From: an uncultured Christensenella sp.
GTDB taxonomy: Bacteria; Bacillota; Clostridia; Christensenellales; DTU072
Reading direction: 5' to 3'
NCBI GenBank assembly: GCA_949285605.1
Contig: CASDZI010000005.1
Span: forward strand, 14,508 to 78,507
Length of the DNA: 64,000 nt
The position numbers and the translations under genes are program-made. Each line of letters starts with the position of its first letter. Position 1 is the stretch's first letter. The notes below the pieces were generated by a model. It made no database searches and was not told the DNA's origin. It worked only from the letters and a program-made list of their open reading frames with translations. Of the stretch, positions 50,201 to 58,711 are shown piece after piece.

Positions 50201-50449
50201 ACCTCCTCTGCCCGTTCTCATCAACCCGTACAACTCGGTGACCAGCTTGTTTTTCATTTCCGCCGCCGCCGCTTTGGAAAAGGTCATGACCGCCATTCTC
50301 CTGACGTCTTTTCCCTGCAGGATAAGGTCGATTATCTTGGCTATCATAACGGTGGTCTTGCCGCTACCAGCCGCAGCGCTTATCAGGACGTTACCGTCGG
50401 TTTCCATGACTTTCAACTGGGCGTCGTTCATTTTATTCTTTTCAAGCAT
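47213..50449 (-). CDS. addA: Helicase-nuclease AddA (UvrD-type SF1A helicase with a C-terminal PD-(D/E)xK nuclease)
   Basis: Walker A AAAGSGKTT. ..FIDEYQDTN... C-terminal ..GVADLV...VADYKAS.. nuclease motif. Confidence 0.9.
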   Translation of the reverse strand: MLEKNKMNDAQLKVMETDGNVLISAAAGSGKTTVMIAKIIDLILQGKDVRRMAVMTFSKAAAAEMKNKLVTELYGLMRTGRGGSHVREQLEAFPFANISTIDSFCFGLVKKYFASAGIDPSVKVMDPEESAVMFSECMDAACEKKLSSGDKAFASLAERYTTARRLDDLKKNIGLLRDFLSVQPDKEKFLQEDFSAQTDRYVFDRFLKYTRKILRKGRSLLPLFTVFPMEEEQAETEKLLASLENVLRSDGAGSLLRRAGFLSEPKPCRRIKGVSLEVKSRYNLFRSEVKDYLAECVYFADLYDKRGKALNEDVKQLADVTLLTVRLYDERKKREGKIDFSDMGSMAKKVLSDDTVRREVASSFDYIFIDEYQDTNYLQESLINAFSNGENVFAVGDVKQAIYHFRYAEPEIFLQRMRLYETEGNNIPLNENYRSRKEILDFVNAVCAEVMTEEFCSVDYRGENMMKAGAQYGEEGEAVEIFLYDKEEREETRLTSVYSVKEAEAEEETDPESIFVAKTIKEKVERRTPVYRPAEKSFSPLRYEDVAVLAATGKGCRKIAAALAAEGIPYSVADPPEGIFAPRELLVDFVRLCVSCSDVTVLNTLMSPVFGFSNAELLEIRLKSPEVSLWEAVKSYNGDENLQKKTQEFIAYAEELRKRSAYTPVSVLMTQVLADGLDAYFLSLGKEVSGRVYRFLQNVASVEGGHGVEDFLTYYDSSYKGEKQPAGADSVTVMTMHKSKGLEFPWVVLPFVDTASVGEKGFSAALYADRELGIALRSSETESGVTEDNYYTAAQKMKKREEERKELARLMYVAFTRAKNRLIIVGKRKKVCTDVDEAVSIEDFVTYASSLDPTLKSCFVETVFPENSTEKATERPRAAQAEFAYLEESYPFGESTVLPNKASVSELLEEEEGTAGFFRYGKTEAATGTAYHLLLQKINFSALGEKEVQKELSRLVSEGELTNEQAAAIDCGAVAEVMASDFIRGLVGKLHREIPFVYYLPAANGDMTLIQGVADLVAEEDDGLTVADYKASNAPPEELKKRYAKQLEIYSSAMEKIFGKPVKRRILFNILRNYVVEV

Positions 50450-53400
50450 CGCCTCTCTCCCCCTTCAGCGCCGCCGCAAAATCTTCCTTCTCGACGGGAC
50501 CTTGTTCCCTGGAGGGTATATCTCCGCAAATCCGTCGGTAATCGCAATAAGCGCATTCCCCTTTGAGCGGTTTCTTTTCGGCATAGCCGGAAAGTATCTC
50601 CTCCAACGCCTTTGCCGCAAGTTTTTCCACATATCGGGAAATGTCGGCAAAATCGTTTGCGTCGAGCAGATTTTTACTGCGGTTGAGCTTTATGTCGCCC
50701 TCTTTTACCACGGCTTTGAACGCCACTGCCGGAGACGCATAACTTCCCTCCGCTTGCCTGACCCTGTTGTCCAGCGCCGCATAAAGTTCGGGATCGTTCA
50801 CCATCTGTCCCACGCAAGCGTAAGATCTCCCTCCCTTCCTGTTGCCGCTCCTCACGGGCAGATAAAATACTCCCTTCACCTCTTCTCCGTTTTTCAGATA
50901 ATACAAAGTGTAAACGTAAAGCTGGATCTTACGCCCGTCGAAAACGTCGGAAAGCGACGCTTTGACCGACCCCGTCTTGTAATCGATAATTATCCTCTCG
51001 TTTTTCCTGCCGTCCACTCTGTCGATACGTCCGCGTAATTTGAAAATACGGTCTTTTACGGTTATGAGTATCTCGTTTTCGTTGTTTCGGTACCCAAATC
51101 CTACTTCAAATCCTATCGGACGGAATTCCGACGCACGCATGGATTCCGCCAGCGCCGGGAAAAGATATTTACATTCGGTTTTTATACCGTTCAGAATATA
51201 TGCGTTAAACGGGTCGTCGGACAAGCCGGCGTATTCCTCTTTGGCGAGTTCCTCGTCCACCGTCTTTGCCACCAAAGGCAGAATGTCCTTTCCGTCGTAA
51301 ACGCTCTTCAGATAGCGGCGGAAAAAGGTATTGAGGATATTGTGGATTATGTTCCCCGTTACCGAGGGCAGCAGTCCGTCCTCGTCGGGTCTGACGTTGA
51401 GTCCTCTTTTCAGGAAATGGCGGAAGGGACAGGAAAAATAAGTTTCCAGCTGGCTTACCGAAGTCACCTTTCTGCCCCGTTCGTCCTCCGCAAAGCAATT
51501 TTCGAAAACGAAAGCGGCGTCGGGGGGGAGCTTTTGTTTCAGCAGCCCTTTCTTCGACAAATATTTCCCTACCGCCTCGAGATATTCGGGCGGAACTCTT
51601 CCCGAAACGTATTCCCTATAAGCGTTCTGCGGATTTACCAAGCGGTAAAGCAACCGTTCCTCGTCGGAAAAATTACGGTACTTTTCCAGAGGGAGCGGTT
51701 CCGTTCCCGTAATGAAACGCAGTTCCTTGAACCCTTCTCCTTCGGTCTGCACGTCGCCGGAAAGGTCGGTAAAGGCGCAACCGACGTAAAGTCTGTCGGC
51801 AGGACGGGTGACGGTCTCCGCCGTAACGAACTTTTCCAGACGGTTCTTTTCCGCAGGCGTAGGAAACACGGGTAAATCTATACGCTTCATATTCTCGTTG
51901 TCGGCGGCGGTGAAAATGATCCCGTCGCCGTTTTTTATCGGGAAATATCCGTCCGCAGCCCCCGTCACGAACAGGACTTTAATTCCGTTGAACCGACTTT
52001 CCTCGGTATTCCCCACGAATACCGAATCGTAATAATCGGGTCTCAGTACGGTTTTCATATCCGCCAACGCCGTCTTGAGCAAAAGCGAAAACTTTTCGGC
52101 GTCGACCGTCTCGTCTCCGTCTATCTCGGCAATTTCCGCCAGCAACGCGGTAAATTTATCGATACGGGCGGAAGCTATCAAGCGTTCCTCTGCGCTTTCG
52201 GCGTATTCGGTAAGTTTGTCCGAGACAAACTCTTCCAGCAGGAGCCTCTCCGCCGCCAGGCAAAACTCCGATATTTTCCCTTCGGAGGGAAATTTCTCCG
52301 TTTCCCGCAGCAAGCGCTCCCGTACCTTTTCCGCTTCTTCGCAGTCGCCGTAACGGAAGGGTTCGGCAAACCGCCGTCCTTTGATATTGTATTTTTTGCA
52401 ATAATTTTCAAAAACGCCGCATTCTTCCCGGCTCAGTTGCAAAAACGGATGATGCGCCAGACGGAACACGTCGTTCTGCGACAGTCCTTTCGCCTCGCAC
52501 AAAAGCGTGACGTAACGGACGGCTACGCCCTCGGATACGGGATACCCGGTATCTATAAAACAAGGGATCTTGCAGAGGGAAAAGATTTCTTCGGCAAAAG
52601 GCAGATAGGCTTTATCGTTGCAAACCACCGCTATATCCTTGTAACGGTAATTTTCCCGTCGGACCAGATATACTATTTCCCGAGCGACGGCTTCCAGTTC
52701 CTCGTAAGGCGTTTCTTCCCTGAAAAGCCTGACTGCGCCCCCGAGAAGATCGGGCGAAACGGGCTTTGCTGCGTCGGAAAACATTCGGTTCCTGATCTCT
52801 CCGAAGGGTTCTTTGAGAAGAGAAAACGCCTCTTCCTTTTCCACGGGTATTCCGTTTTCCTCGCAAAAAGCCGCCAGCTCGTCGGTCTGCGAGGTAAGTC
52901 CTCCGTACAGAAATGGGGTATAAGGCAAGGTAAGGCTCGCCCCTTTGAGCAGGCAGGCTCGCAGGACCTCCAGTTGAAGAGCGGAATAGACGTTAAAGCC
53001 CAACACATAAAAATGTGTGTCCGAAAAATCCCCTTCTTTCCTGATATACTCCGCCAACGAAGTCAGTCTGGTCACGGTATCGGAGTAGCCCGAGGACAGT
53101 TCTTTTTCGTATTCGGCGGAAATAACCGCTACGTCGGAAAGTTTGTCTTTCAGCACGCCGTCGGCAAGCTCCGCCTTTTCGGAGATTTTTTCGGGCGTAA
53201 GCAAGGCACTCCGCAACGACGCCGTGGCGGCAAAAAGTTCCTTTGCGAAATTGTATCCCGATAAACTTTTGTAATAACGCAGTTTATCGGCGTTTTTTCG
53301 CATAACTTTGTCCAAAAGGACGACGGTGCCTTCCTTGGAAAGGCATTTTTTAATTTTCTTCCCCACGGTTTTTACCGCAAAACGGGTAAAACTGACCACG

Positions 53401-53582
53401 TCGGCACGGGTATAGCCGTCGTGGAAATAATTTTCGCAGATGTCCCTCTCCACCCCGAGCGTGAACCTGTCCGGCACGATAAAAACGTGCTTTACGTCGG
53501 GGGCGTCGTTTTTTCTCAAACGGGCGTAAACCCTTCGGAACCCCTCTTCGGAAGTGTTGGTTTCAATTAAAAAAAGCCGCAT
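50442..53582 (-). CDS. addB: Helicase-nuclease AddB (inactive helicase-like subunit with an Fe-S nuclease domain)
   Basis: 8-nt overlap with addA. C-terminal ..IIDYKTG.. nuclease motif. Fe-S cysteines (CPFRHF.. and CAYCDYRRIC). Confidence 0.85.
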   Translation of the reverse strand: MRLFLIETNTSEEGFRRVYARLRKNDAPDVKHVFIVPDRFTLGVERDICENYFHDGYTRADVVSFTRFAVKTVGKKIKKCLSKEGTVVLLDKVMRKNADKLRYYKSLSGYNFAKELFAATASLRSALLTPEKISEKAELADGVLKDKLSDVAVISAEYEKELSSGYSDTVTRLTSLAEYIRKEGDFSDTHFYVLGFNVYSALQLEVLRACLLKGASLTLPYTPFLYGGLTSQTDELAAFCEENGIPVEKEEAFSLLKEPFGEIRNRMFSDAAKPVSPDLLGGAVRLFREETPYEELEAVAREIVYLVRRENYRYKDIAVVCNDKAYLPFAEEIFSLCKIPCFIDTGYPVSEGVAVRYVTLLCEAKGLSQNDVFRLAHHPFLQLSREECGVFENYCKKYNIKGRRFAEPFRYGDCEEAEKVRERLLRETEKFPSEGKISEFCLAAERLLLEEFVSDKLTEYAESAEERLIASARIDKFTALLAEIAEIDGDETVDAEKFSLLLKTALADMKTVLRPDYYDSVFVGNTEESRFNGIKVLFVTGAADGYFPIKNGDGIIFTAADNENMKRIDLPVFPTPAEKNRLEKFVTAETVTRPADRLYVGCAFTDLSGDVQTEGEGFKELRFITGTEPLPLEKYRNFSDEERLLYRLVNPQNAYREYVSGRVPPEYLEAVGKYLSKKGLLKQKLPPDAAFVFENCFAEDERGRKVTSVSQLETYFSCPFRHFLKRGLNVRPDEDGLLPSVTGNIIHNILNTFFRRYLKSVYDGKDILPLVAKTVDEELAKEEYAGLSDDPFNAYILNGIKTECKYLFPALAESMRASEFRPIGFEVGFGYRNNENEILITVKDRIFKLRGRIDRVDGRKNERIIIDYKTGSVKASLSDVFDGRKIQLYVYTLYYLKNGEEVKGVFYLPVRSGNRKGGRSYACVGQMVNDPELYAALDNRVRQAEGSYASPAVAFKAVVKEGDIKLNRSKNLLDANDFADISRYVEKLAAKALEEILSGYAEKKPLKGECAYCDYRRICGDIPSREQGPVEKEDFAAALKGERGDA

Positions 53583-53641
53583 ATCATAATAATAGCAGAC
53601 TTTCTTTCAAATTACAAGGCAAATGCCTCTTTCTAACGCAA

Positions 53642-53661
53642 GGGGGCGTTCCCACGCCCCC
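53642..53661 (-). terminator. GC-rich hairpin after the Cys-rich ORF
   Basis: GGGGGCG / CGCCCCC stem with a 6-nt loop. The U-tract on the minus strand is weak (TTGCGTT). Confidence 0.45.
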
Positions 53662-53673
53662 GTCCGACGGCGG

Positions 53674-53865
53674 TCAGTTGCAGCTGCCGACGTTTTTATT
53701 GCCGCAGCAACCGCAGCAACAAAGGATAAGTAACAATGGCAGTATATCGCAAATGCAGGAATTGGCGTTGCCACAGCAGCAAAGTATAAGTAACAACCAG
53801 AGCATGTTTCCGCAACCGGAGCAACCGCAGGAGCCGTTACCCATAAATCCCTCGTAACAGTTCAT
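53674..53865 (-). CDS. Tiny hydrophobic, extremely Cys-rich protein (63 aa, 15 Cys)
   Basis: RBS AAGGAGG 7 nt upstream of the ATG. There is an internal duplication LLLILCCCG (aa 24-32 and 44-52). Confidence 0.65.
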   Translation of the reverse strand: MNCYEGFMGNGSCGCSGCGNMLWLLLILCCCGNANSCICDILPLLLILCCCGCCGNKNVGSCN

Positions 53866-53913
53866 AATGAAGACCTCCTTTCAGATTTTGTATTTTACCT
53901 ACAATACATCAGT

Positions 53914-55419
53914 ATGCCGAGGGTTTTCAATGTGTGTTTAATCCCTTTTCTTTTGGGAATATTCTTTATTATGAAAAAGGATTTTTATACCGAAGCGTGT
54001 ACCTTGAACGAGGAATTTTACGGGACGTCGGATTTGATAGCCCGTACGGTAAAGGCCGGTAAATCGGAGGGAAAACTGTTTTTTCTGGACGCAATGAGCG
54101 ACGGAAAGCAACTCGAACTGTCCGTTATCGCTCCTCTCAATCAATATAAGGGGGAGCCTATAGCCGACGCCGAAACTCTCGCAGGAGTAATAAATGCAGG
54201 TTGCGGAATCAAGGAAACGCCGGACAAAGACGAAGCGGTAAGTGCGGTCTCCGCAGGAGACGCCGCCCTTGTTTTGGAAGGAAGCGGCAAGTTCTTTCTC
54301 CTCGGGGTAAGAAAAGGTATTTCCCGCGCCGTCAGCGAACCGCCTACCGGCACGGTGGTAAAGGGTCCCCGTGAAGGTTTCGTGGAGGATATAAAAACCA
54401 ATATGGTGCTTTTACGCCGCAGGATAAGGAGCAATAAACTGGTTTTCAAATCCGTGACCGAAGGGCGTTTTACCGAAACTACCGTCATGATCTGTTACGT
54501 GGAAGGAATAGTCAAACAGGGGATCCTGGAAAAAATAACCGAACGTCTGAACGCCGTCGACAGCGAGGGCTTTCTGGACAGTTCCGCCGTCACAAAAATT
54601 CTGGAAGCTCGTCCGTATTCCGTTTTCAAACAGCTCGGCAATACCGAAAAACCCGACGTCGCCGCATCAAAGCTGTTAGACGGAAGGGTGGTGATACTGG
54701 TGGACGGTTCCCCCATAGCGATAACCGCCCCCTTCCTGCTCATAGAGGACTTCGAAGACGTCCAAGATCAATATAAACGCTCCGTAAGAGTGACCTTCTT
54801 ACGGCTTATGCGGGCGATTGCGGTGATTTTTGCGGTGATTTTGCCGGGTATCTACGTTGCCATACAAGTTCATCAGTACCAGATACTCCCCTTACAGCTT
54901 CTGATAACCTTGTTGAATTCCACCGAAGGGATCCCCTTCTCTCCCACGCTGGAAATGCTTATCGCCTTGCTTTTATTCGAAATACTGAGCGAAGCGAGTA
55001 TCCGTATGCCCCGTCATATAGGTATGGCGCTCGGAGTGGTGGGCGCTATAGTCCTCGGAGACACGGCGGTGCAGGCGGGGCTTTTGTCCAGTCTGACCGT
55101 GCTTACGGTGGCTATGAGCGGAATAGGTATTTACGCCGTCCCCGACGAAGTGGGCGTCTTAAGCGTGCTGCGAATGTGCCTCGTGGTGGTGGGAGGACTT
55201 TTCGGAATGTTCGGACTGCTCGCCGCAATAATAATAATTCTGGTCTATCTGTCCTGTATGGAAACCTTCGACGTGCCGTATCTTGCCCCGTTCGCCCCCA
55301 TAGAAAACGAAAAACTACGTGAAACGCTCCTCATTCCCAATTTTACCGATAAAAAATTCCGCACGCCTTCCATGCAGCTTAAAAACAAACGCAGAATAAT
55401 CAATAAATTGCCGAGGTAA
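53914..55419 (+). CDS. Spore germination protein, GerA (KA/GerAA) family
   Basis: Soluble N-domain followed by C-terminal TM helices, matching the family pattern. The start is ambiguous between 53914 and 53971 (MKKDFY..). Confidence 0.85.
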   Translation: MPRVFNVCLIPFLLGIFFIMKKDFYTEACTLNEEFYGTSDLIARTVKAGKSEGKLFFLDAMSDGKQLELSVIAPLNQYKGEPIADAETLAGVINAGCGIKETPDKDEAVSAVSAGDAALVLEGSGKFFLLGVRKGISRAVSEPPTGTVVKGPREGFVEDIKTNMVLLRRRIRSNKLVFKSVTEGRFTETTVMICYVEGIVKQGILEKITERLNAVDSEGFLDSSAVTKILEARPYSVFKQLGNTEKPDVAASKLLDGRVVILVDGSPIAITAPFLLIEDFEDVQDQYKRSVRVTFLRLMRAIAVIFAVILPGIYVAIQVHQYQILPLQLLITLLNSTEGIPFSPTLEMLIALLLFEILSEASIRMPRHIGMALGVVGAIVLGDTAVQAGLLSSLTVLTVAMSGIGIYAVPDEVGVLSVLRMCLVVVGGLFGMFGLLAAIIIILVYLSCMETFDVPYLAPFAPIENEKLRETLLIPNFTDKKFRTPSMQLKNKRRIINKLPR

Positions 55420-55423
55420 ACCT

Positions 55424-56491
55424 ATGAATTATCTGACCAAGACCCAACTTGCCATAATAGTTTTTTTCGTGCCGCTCGTGTTCAAAATGGCAATGCTCCC
55501 TTCCTTACTTTACGAAGCCTGCGGTCCCGACAGCTATATAGGGATAGCGATGATAACGGCGGTGGAGTTCTTACAGATGGGGCTGGTGCTGTTCGTCGTA
55601 TCCAAAGGCGGCATGGAAGGTATAGCCGCCCTTTACGGAAAAAATCTTCAGCGGCTCCTCGCCGCTCCCCTGATCTTCGTAATGATAATAAAAAGTCTGG
55701 TTTTCATTACCGAAATCCAGACCTACGTTTGCGATTATCTTTTCTATAACATTTCGCCTTTTCCCATCATCTGCGCAATAATGGTGGTGATATTCTATCT
55801 TGCTCTGAAGGGAGCCAAGACTATAGGCAGAATTTTCGAATTGTCGATATGGTTCATTCCCCTTATAGTGCTTTTCGGGATACTCTTCGGGAAAGCCCGA
55901 CTGCAACCGGAATACCTCGGACCGCTGTTTGCCGACGGACCGGGCGAGCTGTTCGGCGGACTCAATAAATATATAATGTACACCTTCGACTTCTCCCCTC
56001 TGCTGTTTTTTAAGATAGAAAAAGGTAAAAACGCCCGTATAGTGATCGCTTCGGTGCTTGCCGTCATAGCGGTATGCAGTTGTTATATGATACTGATAGC
56101 AAGTTACGGCAGGGCGACTTTCCTCGTCAACGACGCTTTCGCCCGTCTGGCGTCCTTCAATACCGTGGTAAGCGAAATAGGCTCCCTCGACTGGCCCAGC
56201 GCAATGCTGTGGCTGACCACGTCTATCTGCAACGTAGCGCTGAAATTCGCCGCCATGGCGGAAATACTGAAATACTTTAACGTCAAAAAAGCTTTCGGAG
56301 CAGGATCGTTGTGCGTAGTGGTCGGAGGGCTGTTGATTTTTCTTTTCCGAGGTTTCAAAGAAGCCCTGCGCCTTACCGTTCACCCGATAAGATTTATCGT
56401 TATAGGCATCGAAATCGCCGTACCTATCATTCTTTTAATACTTTATGCGGCAAAAAACCGCAAAGGAGTGACCGTTGAAACGCCCGCTTAA
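55424..56491 (+). CDS. Spore germination protein, GerAB-type (APC-superfamily-like permease)
   Basis: 355 aa with about 10 TM helices, positioned between the GerAA-like and GerAC-like genes. Confidence 0.8.
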   Translation: MNYLTKTQLAIIVFFVPLVFKMAMLPSLLYEACGPDSYIGIAMITAVEFLQMGLVLFVVSKGGMEGIAALYGKNLQRLLAAPLIFVMIIKSLVFITEIQTYVCDYLFYNISPFPIICAIMVVIFYLALKGAKTIGRIFELSIWFIPLIVLFGILFGKARLQPEYLGPLFADGPGELFGGLNKYIMYTFDFSPLLFFKIEKGKNARIVIASVLAVIAVCSCYMILIASYGRATFLVNDAFARLASFNTVVSEIGSLDWPSAMLWLTTSICNVALKFAAMAEILKYFNVKKAFGAGSLCVVVGGLLIFLFRGFKEALRLTVHPIRFIVIGIEIAVPIILLILYAAKNRKGVTVETPA

Positions 56492-57614
56492 ATGGATAAT
56501 TACCCTTATCGGAATAGTAGCTTTCCTTTCCTTCGGAGGACTGCTGCCGGGAGAACCTTTGGTTGACAGAGCCATGGTGGTAGGTTTCGGCGTGGACCTT
56601 ACGGAAGAAGGCGAACTCAACGTTTCCGCCCAGATTCTGAACCCGTCTCCCGCCGCTCAGCAACAGGGTATCGGGGCAAAAGTGGTTACCGCCCGACACG
56701 AAACCATTTCGGGCGCAATGACTTATATCAGCGAAAAATCCGGAAAAACCGTAGCTCTTACCCACTGTAACGTGGTGTTGATAGGAGAAAGCGTGGCTAA
56801 AAGTCGGTATTTTTACTCGGTCTTGAACTACCTCATCACCAATTCCTATCTCAGCGAAAACGCCTTCGTGTTCGTGACCGACGGAAAGGCCGAGGAACTG
56901 TTGAAATCAAACACGGGTTTCGGCGGCAATGCCTCCTTTTACGTTCAGAGGCTGGTGGGAATGTACGGAGACTACAACAACGTCTCCAACAAAACTCTGC
57001 AACGCTTCGTGGTGGATTATCATAAGTTAGGACAAGCCAACTGGCTTCCCCTCATCAAAACCGAACCCACAAACCCCGACGTTTCGGCTGGCGGCGACCA
57101 GTCCTCTTCGGAAGAACAGATCCTTTTCGACATAAATTCCGTCGTTATATTCAAAGAAAACGATTTTATCGCCGAGTACGGGCAAAACGGAACGGAAGCC
57201 ATAAATTACGTTATGAACAAAGTTTCGAAAGGCAACGTGGAGACCGAGGGCGACAACGGGGAAAAAATACTCCTTTATATCATTGAAAAGAAGCAAAAAT
57301 ACCATTACGATCTGGACAACGCAACGGTCAAGGTAAAAATCGAAATAAGCACTCTTCTGAAAGAAATTATAGATTATTCCGGCGAGGACGAATATATCGA
57401 CCGCACCGGACTGACCGAAACGGAATTAAAAAAAGCGGGAAAGGACATCGCCGACAACATCCTTGCCTTTTACGCCGAAATGCAATCTTACGGCGTGGAC
57501 ATCTTCTCGTTTTACGAAGGATTCTATTCCAAATTCGGGAACAAAGCTCTGAATATGGACATAAAAGACATAACTCTGGACGTGGAAGTGGAAGTCAAAG
57601 CGAACGACGTTTGA
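56475..57614 (+). CDS. Spore germination protein, Ger(x)C family
   Basis: TTG start after AAAGGAG. ..RAMVVGFGVDL.. and the C-terminal region fit the family, but there is no Cys in the N-terminal signal region. Confidence 0.75.
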   Translation: MKRPLKWIITLIGIVAFLSFGGLLPGEPLVDRAMVVGFGVDLTEEGELNVSAQILNPSPAAQQQGIGAKVVTARHETISGAMTYISEKSGKTVALTHCNVVLIGESVAKSRYFYSVLNYLITNSYLSENAFVFVTDGKAEELLKSNTGFGGNASFYVQRLVGMYGDYNNVSNKTLQRFVVDYHKLGQANWLPLIKTEPTNPDVSAGGDQSSSEEQILFDINSVVIFKENDFIAEYGQNGTEAINYVMNKVSKGNVETEGDNGEKILLYIIEKKQKYHYDLDNATVKVKIEISTLLKEIIDYSGEDEYIDRTGLTETELKKAGKDIADNILAFYAEMQSYGVDIFSFYEGFYSKFGNKALNMDIKDITLDVEVEVKANDV

Positions 57615-57651
57615 CTATATTCTTTTTTCGTATTATTATATAAATAATCAC

Positions 57652-57672
57652 TTCACGGCTTTTAGCCGTGAA
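57652..57672 (+). other. Hairpin after the ger operon (terminator candidate without a U-tract)
   Basis: TTCACGGC / GCCGTGAA stem with a 5-nt loop. Confidence 0.3.
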
Positions 57673-57695
57673 AACGTCGTTAATACGGAGGCAAA

Positions 57696-58631
57696 ATGGA
57701 TATCGTCATTCCCAAAGGGATAAAGATCGGTCACTGGCAGGACGAATACACGGGAGTAACCGTTATTCTGTCCGAAAAAGGCGTCGTAGCCGGCGCCGAC
57801 GTGAGAGGCGGCGCCCCCGGAACAAGAGAAACCGACCTTCTGCGTCCGGAGAAAGCCGTACAGAAAATAAACGCCGTAGTTTTGAGCGGCGGTTCGGCAT
57901 ACGGTCTGTCCTCCTGCGACGGGGTCATGCGTTATCTGAGAGAAAAAGGCTGCGGACACAAAATGGGAAATAAAGTCGTTCCTATCGTAAGCGGAGCAGT
58001 TATTTACGACTTGAACGACAAGGACTACCACATTCCCGATTCCGAAAGCGGATACAAAGCCTGTCTTAACGCTTCGGAAAATCCCCTCTTCGGACAAGTC
58101 GGCGTAGGCAAAGGCGCCACCGTCGGGAAAATACGGGGGGTGAAAAATTCCTGTAAGAGCGGACTCGGCGCTTACACCGTCAAAGTTGCGGGCGTTACCG
58201 TCACGGCGGTGATCTGCGTCAACGCTTTAGGCGACGTCGTCGATAAAGACGGAAAAATCATTGCCGGAGCCAAAGGAAAGGACGGAAAATTCATAAATAC
58301 CTTGGACTGCCTTCTCAACAACCGTTTCGGCACGCTTTTGTTCGGAAACACCACCATAGGCTGTATCCTTACCAATGCGAAATTAGACAAACTTCAAGCC
58401 AACAAAATCGCTTCCGTCGCCCACAACGGACTGGCGAAAAGCATTTCTCCCGTGCATACCGATTACGACGGAGACACCCTTTTCTGTATGGCTACGGGAA
58501 AGGTGCCGGTGCTTAACCTCGTGCTTTTACAGACCGCCGTCGTCGAAGCCGTGGAAAACGCCGTCCGTGCCGCAGTCAGAAGCGGAGAAAACTATACCGT
58601 TATCTGCGAGGAAGAGGAAATTTCGGAATGA
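57696..58631 (+). CDS. P1/S58 family peptidase (DmpA/BapA-like aminopeptidase)
   Basis: ..GVTVIL...AGADVRGGAPGTRETDLL.. and the ..GNTTIGCILTNAKL.. autoprocessing-site region. Confidence 0.8.
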   Translation: MDIVIPKGIKIGHWQDEYTGVTVILSEKGVVAGADVRGGAPGTRETDLLRPEKAVQKINAVVLSGGSAYGLSSCDGVMRYLREKGCGHKMGNKVVPIVSGAVIYDLNDKDYHIPDSESGYKACLNASENPLFGQVGVGKGATVGKIRGVKNSCKSGLGAYTVKVAGVTVTAVICVNALGDVVDKDGKIIAGAKGKDGKFINTLDCLLNNRFGTLLFGNTTIGCILTNAKLDKLQANKIASVAHNGLAKSISPVHTDYDGDTLFCMATGKVPVLNLVLLQTAVVEAVENAVRAAVRSGENYTVICEEEEISE

Positions 58632-58666
58632 TCCCCTTCCGAGAAAAATTTTTTTATAAAAAGAAA

Positions 58667-58694
58667 AGCACCGACTTCGGTCGGTGCTTTTTTT
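58667..58694. terminator. Bidirectional rho-independent terminator (peptidase gene / tuf)
   Basis: AGCACCGAC / GTCGGTGCT stem with loop TTCG, flanked by AAAAGAAAA and T7. Confidence 0.8.
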
Positions 58695-58711
58695 ATATTC
58701 CTTAAGGTGGA

